Virus record (IMG/VR): IMGVR_UViG_3300023053_000008
Coordinates: 1-64,000 of that record
Source of the DNA: a virus
Taxonomy: Duplodnaviria > Caudoviricetes
Reading direction: 5' to 3' (one strand)
Length of the DNA: 64,000 bases
The position numbers were made by a program, and so were the translations under genes. The notes beneath the pieces were generated by a model. It saw only the letters and a program-made list of their open reading frames with translations. It was not told where the DNA came from and searched no databases. Positions 9,580 through 19,539 of this stretch are shown here, in pieces (the stretch's first letter is position 1; the number at the start of each line of letters is the position of its first letter).

Positions 9580-10860
9580 TTATTTTCTATCAGATCTGTC
9601 CATAACAATCATTTGTTGAAGTTCTTTATATTTAACACTTGGTGAAGGATTAACACCCATTAATGGAGCAAGAATTTTAAGCTCATTAAGGTTAAGTTTA
9701 TTCAAGAATGTCACATCAATTTCTTCTTTATGATTTTCTACAACAAACTCAACTAAGCTTCTTCTAACTCTTCTACCAGTATTCTTTCTAACATTCTTGA
9801 TATTAAAATTATCGAAGTCAATGTCTTTATCATCTTCTTCATTTTCATCCTTTACTGCTTTAGGCGGTTCAACTTTAGTTTCATCTTTCTTTTCTTCAAC
9901 AACGACTACTTTCGGTTCTTCTTCTTTTTTAGTTTCTTCTAAATGCTTTTGAAGTAATTCATTTTCTTCTTCAGCGCCTTCTACCTCTGTAAATTCAGAT
10001 TCATCTACTTCTTTAATTTCTTCATCTTCATTATCTTGCTCTTCAAGTTCTTCTTCTTTTTCAATTGATTCTTCTTCTCTAGTGATTGAGTTTTCAATTG
10101 ATTCTTCAATAGTTTCATCAGTTGTATTACTTCCTTTAGCGATGGCACGATCAATATATGTCTCAATAGCTTCATCAAGATACTCATTGATTTCAGAAAT
10201 ATTTTCTTCATTTACTTCCATACCATTATCTTTAAGGATATTCTCAACGATTTCTTTCATTGGAGTATCATCATTGATTACGAACTTGTTTGCATCTTGA
10301 AACTTCTTATAAGCAGTTTCCTTTAGAAATAGATTAATATGTAATTTCTTGATGTCAGGGTTGTTAGCTGAAATCTTATTAAGGATTTCTTCAGCAATAT
10401 CTTTTACTGTCTTATCTTCAGATAATACAATTGTATCTTCACGTCCAGCTTCCAGATCAGCTTCAAGTAATTTAATATCTTCTTTAACACTCTTAATGAA
10501 TGATGCTAATTCCTCTTTATTTGGTTTAGCAGAAATTAATTGTGCTACAGTACTGTGGTATTTATTTACTCTGAAAGATGGAACATCACTTTCAATGTTA
10601 AATACTTCTAGGAAAATTTCTTCATGAAGTTCAATTAATTCAAGAGTTAATTTTTCTTCAACAAAGTATCTTTTTCCAATCGGGAACTTAGATTCTAGGA
10701 ATACTAATAAATCTTTATTTAATTCTAATTCAGATTTTAAAGCATATTCTTTACGGATACCACGATTAGATACCATGTCTTTTGTTGAGTTAGTTACCTT
10801 TTCAAATTTCGTTTTCACTTTGTTCATACCTTCTTCTAATTTCTTTTTGATTTTTTCCAT
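9580..10860 (-). CDS. Acidic low-complexity protein with a C-terminal Rho_N/HeH-like module
   Basis: Glu-rich linker; C-terminal LNKLNLNELKILAPLMGV...KYKELQQMI fits the Rho_N helix-extension-helix pattern. Confidence 0.5.
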   Translation of the reverse strand: MEKIKKKLEEGMNKVKTKFEKVTNSTKDMVSNRGIRKEYALKSELELNKDLLVFLESKFPIGKRYFVEEKLTLELIELHEEIFLEVFNIESDVPSFRVNKYHSTVAQLISAKPNKEELASFIKSVKEDIKLLEADLEAGREDTIVLSEDKTVKDIAEEILNKISANNPDIKKLHINLFLKETAYKKFQDANKFVINDDTPMKEIVENILKDNGMEVNEENISEINEYLDEAIETYIDRAIAKGSNTTDETIEESIENSITREEESIEKEEELEEQDNEDEEIKEVDESEFTEVEGAEEENELLQKHLEETKKEEEPKVVVVEEKKDETKVEPPKAVKDENEEDDKDIDFDNFNIKNVRKNTGRRVRRSLVEFVVENHKEEIDVTFLNKLNLNELKILAPLMGVNPSPSVKYKELQQMIVMDRSDRK

Positions 10861-10907
10861 TGTAAATCTCTCCTTAAAATATATTATAAATTATATTCTT
10901 CACTATT

Positions 10908-10920
10908 ATAATATATACTT
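10908..10920 (-). promoter_or_regulatory. Early-type promoter variant AAGTATATATTAT
   Basis: One mismatch to the repeated 13-mer. Confidence 0.5.
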
Positions 10921-10942
10921 AAACTATATGGTTATTACGGTT

Positions 10943-11701
10943 TTATTTTTCTTCAGCTATTAAAGCATACTTCTCATTTCCTAAACGAACTTTAATGAGA
11001 CTTAACGCCATCTTATATTGTACGTGGAATAAATTTCCTCTATGGGTTTTGTCTACTTTGTTCTCAAAATCATGTATCTCTGCTACATAGCATCCTCTTT
11101 TACATATGATGTTCCCGTTTATATCTTTGTAAGCTTGTAGCATTCCACCTAATTCAGAACCAATTGGACTGATTGAAATATAATCAGAATCACCTTCAAT
11201 TAATGCATGATTATTGAAAATATATTCTCCATCCATTCTTACATAACCTCTAACTATAGTGTAATCATATAGTTCAACTGTGCCAGCAATACGTGCATTT
11301 CCATAAACTTGGCTTTCGTTATATAATCTAACAATATCGTATAACTTTGCAGATCCGTATACCTTTGAATCATCTCTGATAATTACGCCATTATATAATT
11401 CAGATGATTGAAATACTTTAGATCTATCTGTAACTTTAACATTGTCTGTTACAATTGCTTTACCAAATACCTCTGCTACTTTAGATACTGAAGCATCATC
11501 TCTGACACGAGCATTATCATATACTTTAGCATTATCATAAACCCAGCAGTTACCTTCATGACTTAGGTTCTTTTCGCTCTGAATGTAACCTCCTAAATCT
11601 CCTTTCCGAATACCACTGAAGTCCTTCAAAGATTCAATTCGAAATAATACCCTCCCATTAAAGACGATTGAATCATTTTCTAGCATTCTAAATTTTTTCA
11701 T
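10943..11701 (-). CDS. Left-handed beta-helix (hexapeptide repeat) phage protein, paralog 4 of 4
   Basis: N-cap KGDLGGYIQSEKNLSHEGNCWVYDNAKV then V-x-x-x-A-x hexapeptides. Confidence 0.85.
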   Translation of the reverse strand: MKKFRMLENDSIVFNGRVLFRIESLKDFSGIRKGDLGGYIQSEKNLSHEGNCWVYDNAKVYDNARVRDDASVSKVAEVFGKAIVTDNVKVTDRSKVFQSSELYNGVIIRDDSKVYGSAKLYDIVRLYNESQVYGNARIAGTVELYDYTIVRGYVRMDGEYIFNNHALIEGDSDYISISPIGSELGGMLQAYKDINGNIICKRGCYVAEIHDFENKVDKTHRGNLFHVQYKMALSLIKVRLGNEKYALIAEEK

Positions 11702-11725
11702 AATAGTCCACTCCCCAAGTTATAT

Positions 11726-12397
11726 TTACTGAAGCATTTTCTTTATAAGTTTTATTACATAGTCATATTCAATTTCATTAAAAGTTTTTACAATCATTTC
11801 AAACTCTTTTAAGCTACCTAAAAAATTATCGCATTTAAGATATATTCTTTCGCTTCTAGTTTTGAAAGCGCTTATCCTAGCGTGTTTAGAGCCTACAGGA
11901 TCGATACATACATAGTCACTGTCACTAGTTATATAGGCATCTTTAAATACTATAAAGTCCTTTCTAAGCTTAGTAGCACCGCCTATATATGCTGAATCCA
12001 TTACTCTAACATTGTCAAACAATCTAGCATAATCAGCTATCCTAGAATTACCATAAATTTCTACCTCTCCTAATATGATACAAGAATCACATAGCGTAGC
12101 GTTACCATAAACTCTAGAGTCGCCACCTACATATGATTTATCTGTACATAAAGCACTATCAAAGACTTCTGCTCCTTTAAATACCATAGCATCTTTTTCG
12201 ACTAATGCATCATCATAAACTCTAGAACCTGAATGAACCCAGCATTCACCGAAATGGGAAAGGTTACATTCCTTTTCAATGTAACCTCCGAGTTCATTCT
12301 TTTTAATATTTCCAAAGTTCTTTAAAGATTTAATCCTATATAAGTTTTTACCATTTATTACCATAGTATCGTCTTCTAATAGTTTATATTTTTTCAT
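11726..12397 (-). CDS. Left-handed beta-helix phage protein, paralog 3 of 4
   Basis: KNELGGYIEKECNLSHFGECWV plus hexapeptides. Confidence 0.85.
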   Translation of the reverse strand: MKKYKLLEDDTMVINGKNLYRIKSLKNFGNIKKNELGGYIEKECNLSHFGECWVHSGSRVYDDALVEKDAMVFKGAEVFDSALCTDKSYVGGDSRVYGNATLCDSCIILGEVEIYGNSRIADYARLFDNVRVMDSAYIGGATKLRKDFIVFKDAYITSDSDYVCIDPVGSKHARISAFKTRSERIYLKCDNFLGSLKEFEMIVKTFNEIEYDYVIKLIKKMLQ

Positions 12398-12427
12398 TTT
12401 ACAACGCTCCTATTTCTCATCTCTGTC

Positions 12428-13144
12428 TCATCTAGTAACTGTTGATAGAAGAAATAGTAAGTTCTTGAAATACTTCTTATTTAGGTGCATATATTCTTTC
12501 TCAATCATTTCTAAAAAGTCGCCTAACACTAAGACTCTGTTAGCAAATCGACATAATACTTTACCCTCTTGTGTATGATAAACGACTAGTGCTGTGTTAA
12601 ATGGTTTAACATTTCTTAGATAGAAGAAGTTATTTTCTTTAATCATTGCATCATCTGTAATTAAAACGGAATCGTAGATTTTACTATTTTCAACTATCGC
12701 ATTCTTACCAATGATTACTTTACCTGACAACTCACAGTCAACAATTCTAGCGCTATCTAGAATATGACAGTTCTCCCATAAATAACAATTTCCACCGATA
12801 GAAACATTTCCCTCTACGATTGAATTTCCATCAATCTCAGCATAACCATGAACAGATACGTTACCTTTAACAATAGCATTGTCTTTAACTAAGCAGTTTC
12901 TTAATATGCAATTACCGTAAATTTTTGCATTTCCTGTAATTCTTGCTCCATCAAAAGCTTTTACACTATCATAAATCCAACTATTACCATCTTGGGATAA
13001 AGTACCTTCATACTCGATATATCCCCCTTTATCACCCACTTTCACGTCACCAAAAGCCTTCATTGCTTCTATTCTATAAAGTGTTTTACCTTCAAATACA
13101 ATAATGTCAGAATTTGATAACTTGAATTTTTTAGTTGTTGTCAT
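12428..13144 (-). CDS. Left-handed beta-helix phage protein, paralog 2 of 4
   Basis: VGDKGGYIEYEGTLSQDGNSWI plus hexapeptides. Confidence 0.85.
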   Translation of the reverse strand: MTTTKKFKLSNSDIIVFEGKTLYRIEAMKAFGDVKVGDKGGYIEYEGTLSQDGNSWIYDSVKAFDGARITGNAKIYGNCILRNCLVKDNAIVKGNVSVHGYAEIDGNSIVEGNVSIGGNCYLWENCHILDSARIVDCELSGKVIIGKNAIVENSKIYDSVLITDDAMIKENNFFYLRNVKPFNTALVVYHTQEGKVLCRFANRVLVLGDFLEMIEKEYMHLNKKYFKNLLFLLSTVTR

Positions 13145-13184
13145 TTTTATTCTCTCCCTTTATAATTATAAACTCTTCCGTATT

Positions 13185-14048
13185 TTATACTTTTTCCCAG
13201 TCAAATTGCATGCTCTCTTTAACGAATTCTAATATAGTATTATATTTTATCTTCTCTGCTATATTATCTATTTCCTCTATTTTCTCTGAAGCGTTATTTA
13301 TTAGTCCTGAATAGTATTTGAATTTTATATAAACATCTTTATTTTTAAGTCTATAAGCTATTATGTGTTCTTTAACTCCTAGTGACATATAGAACATATC
13401 GTTCTCATCTTTTATTACAGCATTACTTCTTACTTCAAAAGCATCTTTAATTATAGTTCTTCCTTTAACTATACATGTTGAACTTAGTATTGCTTTACCA
13501 TATATTTTTGAACTACCATAAACTTTAGCTTTACCAGTTATTAAAGCATAATCATATATCTTAGCAAATCCACGGATCTCAGAAAAATCTCGTATTTGTG
13601 CATATCCTGATATCTTAGCATTTTCAGATACAACACAATCTTCTAATAGTTTTGCAGAACCATGTATTTGAGCTAAATCTTTTACAATCGCTTTACCTCC
13701 AATTTGTGCTTTACCGAATATCTTAGCTTTACCTGATATTTCAGCTTTATTATGTATAAGTGCGTTATGCATTACAATAGCTTTACCTTTAACTACTGCA
13801 AAGTTCTTAATCTTAGCATTCTCAATTACTTTAGCTCCTCCTAAGACCTTAGCATTATCATAAACCCAACATACACCTTTGTGACTTAAATTAGTTTCTT
13901 TCTCAATATATCCTCCTAAATCGCCTTTCTTAACATCTCCAAATTTCTTTAAAGCTTGTATTCTATAAAGTATTGATCCTTCAAATTCAATGAAATCATA
14001 AATTAGTAGTTCGAATTTTTTATTAATTGTAGTAGTAGAGTTAGTCAT
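13185..14048 (-). CDS. Left-handed beta-helix phage protein, paralog 1 of 4
   Basis: KGDLGGYIEKETNLSHKGVCWVYDNAKV plus the longest hexapeptide run. Confidence 0.85.
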   Translation of the reverse strand: MTNSTTTINKKFELLIYDFIEFEGSILYRIQALKKFGDVKKGDLGGYIEKETNLSHKGVCWVYDNAKVLGGAKVIENAKIKNFAVVKGKAIVMHNALIHNKAEISGKAKIFGKAQIGGKAIVKDLAQIHGSAKLLEDCVVSENAKISGYAQIRDFSEIRGFAKIYDYALITGKAKVYGSSKIYGKAILSSTCIVKGRTIIKDAFEVRSNAVIKDENDMFYMSLGVKEHIIAYRLKNKDVYIKFKYYSGLINNASEKIEEIDNIAEKIKYNTILEFVKESMQFDWEKV

Positions 14049-14049
14049 A

Positions 14050-14124
14050 TTATTTCTTTCCTTTCTTAGTTATTAGACTGTGTACATAACACCCGATAAA
14101 TATACCTAATAAAATTTTACCCAT
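14050..14124 (-). CDS. 24-aa single-helix membrane peptide MGKILLGIFIGCYVHSLITKKGKK
   Basis: AAGGAG RBS 9 nt upstream; stop abuts the next ATG; hand-translated, not in the ORF track. Confidence 0.6.
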   Translation of the reverse strand: MGKILLGIFIGCYVHSLITKKGKK

Positions 14125-14188
14125 AATTAAAAACTCCTTTTTAAACAAATAAATTATATAATATAAATAAATGAAAACTAATAATTCC

Positions 14189-14216
14189 TAATACCCATAA
14201 TTATAATATATATTTA
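14189..14216 (-). promoter_or_regulatory. Early-type promoter inside a 28-bp block identical to 41432-41459
   Basis: TAATACCCATAATTATAATATATATTTA at both sites. Confidence 0.7.
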
Positions 14217-14271
14217 AATTAATCCTTTATTACATTACCCTACAATTTTATGAAATGTTGCAGGAGCATAG

Positions 14272-14318
14272 AAAAAAAAGCCTACAAGGATGAAGGGTTT
14301 CCCCTCCATCCTCATAGA
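14272..14318 (-). terminator. Intrinsic terminator after the 41-aa ORF
   Basis: GC-rich stem AGGATGAAGGG/CCCTCCATCCT with an A-tract on its left. Confidence 0.7.
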
Positions 14319-14327
14319 CTTATTTAT

Positions 14328-14453
14328 TTAAACAAACAAAAGGGGTGTAAGATTCCCCATATGTAGTGCAGATGTTGTTGCCATAAAAACGTTGTCTCCT
14401 AAAGCTTTTACTGTTACATTTGAGTAAATTGTGCGGTTAATTTCTTGTGTCAT
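14328..14453 (-). CDS. 41-aa peptide MTQEINRTIYSNVTVKALGDNVFMATTSALHMGNLTPLLFV
   Basis: GGAGAGGAG RBS 8 nt upstream and its own terminator; hand-translated. Confidence 0.55.
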   Translation of the reverse strand: MTQEINRTIYSNVTVKALGDNVFMATTSALHMGNLTPLLFV

Positions 14454-14553
14454 TGGTATTACTCCTCTCCGATTGTTATTGTGGTAGGCGAAAGTTTAAA
14501 CTGTAACTGGACTTCCCCAAATGGTACTGTGAAAACCTCCCCCAATAAAATCG

Positions 14554-14586
14554 TGTAAAATAATTGTATCAACCAATTATTTTACA
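14554..14586. repeat. Perfect 13-bp inverted repeat
   Basis: TGTAAAATAATTG-tatcaac-CAATTATTTTACA. Confidence 0.75.
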
Positions 14587-14745
14587 AGCTGATTTATCTT
14601 TATGGTTTCTTAACTGTGTAATGTTGATGTCAACGTTTTTGTAAGCATTTCTGTATATAGCTTCTAGTTGTACACCACATATGAGAACAGTTAAATATAT
14701 GAGAATTTGAACAAAACTCTTCCTCTGTATCAAAACTCATATACT

Positions 14746-14757
14746 AACATTAATATA
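14746..14757 (+). promoter_or_regulatory. Late-type promoter AACA-ttaata-TA
   Basis: Motif match upstream of 14790. Confidence 0.45.
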
Positions 14758-14789
14758 ATATGTATTTATTTTATTTTTAAAAACAGGCG

Positions 14790-15491
14790 GTGATTATATT
14801 GGCAGATTCATTAGATTTGAAATTGGATCAGTTGTTTACTGAAGAGATGGAATTACTTGATAAGGAAATGGAAGATTTAGACGGATTATATAAAGATACT
14901 AGGGTACATTATGATAGATTACTAGCTAGTAAGTCTATGTCTACATTACAATTCGTTCAACAACAAGCAAGTAATATTATTAGTATGAAAAGTAATAAGA
15001 TGTCATTAATTAAAGAAAAGGCTTCTTTAAAACGAAACTTAGCTGAATTAGCTATTAAAGAATTCAATACTAACTTTAAAGCTAGTGGTGGTGGAGAAGG
15101 TCAAGATACTCAAGCAATTCTTGCTGGTATTTATAGCATGATTTTAAATGAGAAGAAGGATGACCTCATTGCTAAAACTCAAGAAGATGTAAGAGGTACA
15201 GCTATGAATGAAACTATGGATTATGACAGTATTATGGAAGAGCGTTTAAAGGATATTGAAAAAGAAGAAAATCCCGAAGTAGAAGAAGATAATAAAGATG
15301 AAGTAAAAGAATCTACGGAACATAGATATGTTGTCGATATGGATAAGAATATTTATTGTGTGGATGAGAATTATGATTTAATAGAAGATGCACCGATTCC
15401 AAACTTTGTAATAGAGTTTGTTGAAGTTGATGGTGTAATAAAAGCATTTAACCAGTTCGAAGAAGAATTGGAGATAATTGAAGCTGAATAA
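14790..15491 (+). CDS. Hypothetical coiled-coil/acidic protein
   Basis: Long open frame, helical heptads. Confidence 0.7.
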   Translation: MIILADSLDLKLDQLFTEEMELLDKEMEDLDGLYKDTRVHYDRLLASKSMSTLQFVQQQASNIISMKSNKMSLIKEKASLKRNLAELAIKEFNTNFKASGGGEGQDTQAILAGIYSMILNEKKDDLIAKTQEDVRGTAMNETMDYDSIMEERLKDIEKEENPEVEEDNKDEVKESTEHRYVVDMDKNIYCVDENYDLIEDAPIPNFVIEFVEVDGVIKAFNQFEEELEIIEAE

Positions 15492-15502
15492 AATAAAAAA
15501 AG

Positions 15503-15547
15503 GCAATAAGCATAGTATCATTCCCCAATAGATACTATGCTTATTGC
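15503..15547. terminator. Perfect 17-bp hairpin with its U-tract on the minus strand
   Basis: GCAATAAGCATAGTATC/GATACTATGCTTATTGC preceded by an A-tract. Confidence 0.7.
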
Positions 15548-15625
15548 ACTCAATAAAAAGGGTGTTATTTCATGTCAATTTTATGTTTATTTATCTCTTT
15601 AATTTTAATTTTTAAGAATATAAAT

Positions 15626-15638
15626 AAAAATATATTAT
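15626..15638 (+). promoter_or_regulatory. Early-type promoter variant AAAAATATATTAT
   Basis: Core ATATATTAT upstream of the 15687-19481 operon. Confidence 0.45.
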
Positions 15639-15686
15639 ATTTAGGATAAACTTATAATATAATTTATTTTTTGGAGGTTTTATTCT

Positions 15687-16250
15687 ATGATCATCTCAGT
15701 ACCTAAGAATTGTATCAGTAAGAAAACAGGAAATACAGCAGCATATTTTAGATTAGATAAGAGAATGCTTAAACAACTAGAACATACTACATTAACTGTA
15801 GGAACTAAAATGCTTTACTCCGATAAACGTAATAGAAGATTTACTGCTTATTCAGGAGGAATTGAATTACACGTTAGACAAGGTGACTTCTTTACTACTG
15901 ACTTTAAAACGTATATTAGATTCTTTAAAGAAGATGAATTCCTTGAAAGATTTGAAATGAAAGGTAATTTCAATGAGTTCTTTATGTATGAGGATTATTT
16001 CATATCTGAAGATATTATTTGGAAAGCTTTAAAGGTTACTAAAGAAGTACTTGAATCTAAAAAGAATACATTTGAAATTATTAATAGCTGTATTATATCT
16101 TATTATGAAGATCATTTTACTATTAAGCATCGTGATAGAGTGGTTAAAGGTTATGAGAATAACTATATCGTAATTAATCATGAAAAAGATACGGTAGTTT
16201 TAGATGGTAATTTAGAAGTGTTTAAAATCAAGGAGGAACAAGCATGTTAA
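15687..16250 (+). CDS. Hypothetical protein
   Basis: GGAGG RBS, open frame. Confidence 0.7.
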   Translation: MIISVPKNCISKKTGNTAAYFRLDKRMLKQLEHTTLTVGTKMLYSDKRNRRFTAYSGGIELHVRQGDFFTTDFKTYIRFFKEDEFLERFEMKGNFNEFFMYEDYFISEDIIWKALKVTKEVLESKKNTFEIINSCIISYYEDHFTIKHRDRVVKGYENNYIVINHEKDTVVLDGNLEVFKIKEEQAC

Positions 16251-16579
16251 ATGATCAAATGACTGAATTATTAGAAAAGCAAAGTAGATTATGTTTACCT
16301 AAGAAGAGAATCTATACTGTAATTAAAGTTACAGAAGAACTGCTAACAGAGAATAGAGATAATAAACCTAAATTCTATTCAGAAAAATTTAAACAATGGT
16401 TTACTCTAGAATTTACTACATTTAAAGTCAATATATTAGATGAAATTGGTTTACCTGCCTTTGAAGTCTATAAAAATAGTTATATTGTAATTGATTCTGA
16501 AGGTGATATTGAAATAATGAGTCATTATGCGTTTAACAAAACACTTATCGAATTAGATTTTGATACGGAAGTAGAATAA
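16244..16579 (+). CDS. Hypothetical protein
   Basis: AGGAGG RBS, overlaps the previous stop. Confidence 0.7.
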   Translation: MLNDQMTELLEKQSRLCLPKKRIYTVIKVTEELLTENRDNKPKFYSEKFKQWFTLEFTTFKVNILDEIGLPAFEVYKNSYIVIDSEGDIEIMSHYAFNKTLIELDFDTEVE

Positions 16580-16580
16580 T

Positions 16581-16775
16581 ATGATCTACTTCCTTTATTT
16601 TATCAATTTCATAATAGATAAGATTATATATCTTGTATATGGTTTATGGATAAGTTTATTTGTATGTCAATTAAAAGGTCATGATTGGAGATTCATTGGC
16701 GGAGGTTGGATTTTCTGTTCAACTAAGTCATTTGAATGTAAGAGATGTTTTAAGAAGACAGATGATCCGAATTAA
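16581..16775 (+). CDS. Small protein with a hydrophobic N-terminus and C..GH.W...C..C Zn motif (DUF1660-like)
   Basis: VCQLKGHDW...ECKRC. Confidence 0.55.
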   Translation: MIYFLYFINFIIDKIIYLVYGLWISLFVCQLKGHDWRFIGGGWIFCSTKSFECKRCFKKTDDPN

Positions 16776-16790
16776 GGGAGAGTATATTAA

Positions 16791-19481
16791 ATGAAAATTA
16801 CTTATGCTAAATTTGTTAACTTCATTGGTATTTACGCAGGAATGGGATTAAAAGAATTAGAGATTAAAGATTTCAATATTAAGAATCATCTTACTATGTA
16901 TTTAGGTGATAACGGTTCAGGTAAAACAACACTATTATCATTAATGACTCCATTCAGGGAAACATATGATGATCGTGATGAAATTGTTCTTGAAGGAGAA
17001 CCAGGATATAAAGAAATAGATATCCAAGATGGTGAAGATAAATATAAAATTCGTCACTACTATGGTAAGAAGAATAAATCATTCATTGAAAAGAATGGTG
17101 AAGAACTCAATGAAAATGGTGGTATTAGAACATTCGAAGCTACTCTTAAAGAAGAGTTAGGTGTTGATAAAGAATACTTAAAGATTGGACGTATTGGTTC
17201 TAATGTTACCAACTTTATTGATTTAAAAACTGCTGATCGTAAGAAGTATATGAATAGATTCATTCCATCAATTGATGATTATTTAAAAGCATTTGAAGTA
17301 GCAAAATCTAAGTTCAATGAAATGAATAAAGAACTAAAGAGTCTTGCAACACGTTTAGAACGTTATAGTAGCATTGATGATTTAAGAAGCACTAAGAAGG
17401 CAATTGTAAAAGCTATTAAGAATTCAGATGAGATAGTAAAAGGTTATCAGGAAGAAATATCTGAATTAAAAGGTCAAATTACAGTATTAGCTAAAACAGT
17501 TGAAGATATCACTGATGAACCTACAAAATATTTAAAGTTAATTAAGAAAGATAACAAAGTAGATAGTGAAGAGTTAGTTAGAGTAGAAGATAGCATTGAA
17601 ACATTCTATAATAAATTTGAGAACTTAAGAAATTATGATGATCAACGTATTATTGAAGTATCTGAAGAAACTAACACACAACTTACAGAATATACTGTAT
17701 TATTGAATCGTGTTATAGAAGATATTGATGAAATTGAAAAAGAAATGATTAAAGTTAAAAATAAAGTATCTGAATATGAAATGAAAAGACGTTCATATGA
17801 AAATATTGATGTTGATTCTATTGAAAAAGAATTAGAACTTAATGAATTTGATTTAGATTATTATCGAAAAGAATTAAATACTGAACTACTTCAAGAGTGG
17901 GATGGTTATACTTTAGATAGACTAAGAAAGATTGATACAAACATCCAAAGACTTCAAACTACCGTAATGTCTATTAAAGCATCTACTACCGATGGATTTA
18001 TTAATAAAATTAATATGTCATTAAACTATGCTAAGAAAATTAATGCGGATGAGAAAATCTATACAGAAAAGCAATCTAGAATTGGTTTTATTAAACATAA
18101 GATAATTCAAATTGATTCTAATAAAGATCTTCTAGAAATATTAGATAATCGTCCAAAGGATTGTGTAATTGATACATGTCCTTTCATTAGTCGTTCAATA
18201 GACTATAGAGACAATGAATATTCTCAGTTAGATAGCTTAGAAAGTGAATTAAAACAACTTGAAGCAGATGAATCTAAATTAGAAAAGACTCTTAATGAAT
18301 TAGCTGGTTTCTATGAATTGCAACAATCTATATTGAATGCAGAACACCTATTGATTTCAATTGATGATAAAGTTAAAGGTGACTTAACAATGTTAGATAT
18401 TATTAAAATGAGTTCATCTAATTTTGATAAGACATTTAATGTTGAACCAATTATCAATGAATTTAATAAAGTAAGAGATATTGAGGTTATTGAAAATAAG
18501 ATTGAATCTGTTAAGAATAAATTAGAAGTTGCTAAAGAAAAAAGAGAAATGTATAACACTATGAGTCAAGAGTTAGAATCCCTAGAAGAAAGATATAATG
18601 ATTTAAGTGCTAAGAGAAATGAATTAGCTAAGAATCGTGTTATATATGAAAGTAAAACTAAGAGTATGTCTAAAAAGATTTCTATCTTACAAACATTAAA
18701 ACAAGATAGAGATTATGCAACATCTCTTAGAAATCATATCGATGCAAGAAATTCTCAAATTGATAAAATTGAGGATACAGTTGAAGTAATTGAGGAAATT
18801 GAATTAGAGATTGGAGAATTAAATCATAAACGTATCCAAGAAACTAATAATGTATTAAATGTATTTAAAGATAAACTAGAAAAAGCTGATAAAGATATTA
18901 CTATTGTTGAAGATATTCTTGCACGACTAAAGGATATTGAAGTTAAATTTGATACCTATAAAACAATTAAAGAATCTCTTGATCCTAAATCTGGTATACC
19001 TTTATTCTTTATTGATAATTATCTTAAAGATATCGCTACTCGTGCAAATGAATTATTATCACTAGCATATGATAGTAAATTTAGAATTAAGTTTGAAATT
19101 ACAGAAAGCGACTTCTTTATTCAAGTATATAAATCGGATGGTACATTCTTAAAAGATATCAGTAAAGCTTCACAAGGTGAAACATCATTAACAAATATTT
19201 CTCTATCCCTAGCTATGATGGAGAAAATGATTCAGAAATATAATATCGTTTATATTGATGAAGGGGATTCAACATTATCAGTTCAAAATAGACGTATATT
19301 CATTGATTTATTAGAAGTACAACGTAAACGTTTAAATATTGAGCAGATTCATTTAATTTCACATAATGAAGAGTTTGATTCACAACCTTTAGATTTAATT
19401 CTTCTGAATGGACATAGAGTAGTTCTTGATGATGAAGAATTCATGGAAGGTAAAAATGTTCTATTTAAAGTAGGTAACTAA
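16791..19481 (+). CDS. sbcC: SbcC/Rad50/gp46-like SMC-family ATPase
   Basis: Walker A GDNGSGKT, long coiled coils, hook-like CVIDTCP, signature ASQGE, Walker B YIDEGD, H-loop LISHN. Confidence 0.9.
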   Translation: MKITYAKFVNFIGIYAGMGLKELEIKDFNIKNHLTMYLGDNGSGKTTLLSLMTPFRETYDDRDEIVLEGEPGYKEIDIQDGEDKYKIRHYYGKKNKSFIEKNGEELNENGGIRTFEATLKEELGVDKEYLKIGRIGSNVTNFIDLKTADRKKYMNRFIPSIDDYLKAFEVAKSKFNEMNKELKSLATRLERYSSIDDLRSTKKAIVKAIKNSDEIVKGYQEEISELKGQITVLAKTVEDITDEPTKYLKLIKKDNKVDSEELVRVEDSIETFYNKFENLRNYDDQRIIEVSEETNTQLTEYTVLLNRVIEDIDEIEKEMIKVKNKVSEYEMKRRSYENIDVDSIEKELELNEFDLDYYRKELNTELLQEWDGYTLDRLRKIDTNIQRLQTTVMSIKASTTDGFINKINMSLNYAKKINADEKIYTEKQSRIGFIKHKIIQIDSNKDLLEILDNRPKDCVIDTCPFISRSIDYRDNEYSQLDSLESELKQLEADESKLEKTLNELAGFYELQQSILNAEHLLISIDDKVKGDLTMLDIIKMSSSNFDKTFNVEPIINEFNKVRDIEVIENKIESVKNKLEVAKEKREMYNTMSQELESLEERYNDLSAKRNELAKNRVIYESKTKSMSKKISILQTLKQDRDYATSLRNHIDARNSQIDKIEDTVEVIEEIELEIGELNHKRIQETNNVLNVFKDKLEKADKDITIVEDILARLKDIEVKFDTYKTIKESLDPKSGIPLFFIDNYLKDIATRANELLSLAYDSKFRIKFEITESDFFIQVYKSDGTFLKDISKASQGETSLTNISLSLAMMEKMIQKYNIVYIDEGDSTLSVQNRRIFIDLLEVQRKRLNIEQIHLISHNEEFDSQPLDLILLNGHRVVLDDEEFMEGKNVLFKVGN

Positions 19482-19487
19482 TAAACT

Positions 19488-19521
19488 GGTAAGGAATGAT
19501 ATTAATTTATCGTTCCTTACC
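19488..19521. terminator. Hairpin after sbcC (no clear U-tract)
   Basis: GGTAAGGAATGAT/ATCGTTCCTTACC. Confidence 0.5.
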
Positions 19522-19539
19522 TAATCTCTGGAGGACATC

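Noticed and set aside
10943-14048. Diversity-generating retroelement target array
   Set aside because: No reverse transcriptase, no template/variable repeat pair with adenine-specific differences; divergence is spread along whole genes
14328-14453. Arbitrium (AimP-like) signalling peptide
   Set aside because: No N-terminal signal peptide, no adjacent TPR receptor gene and no lysogeny functions in the window
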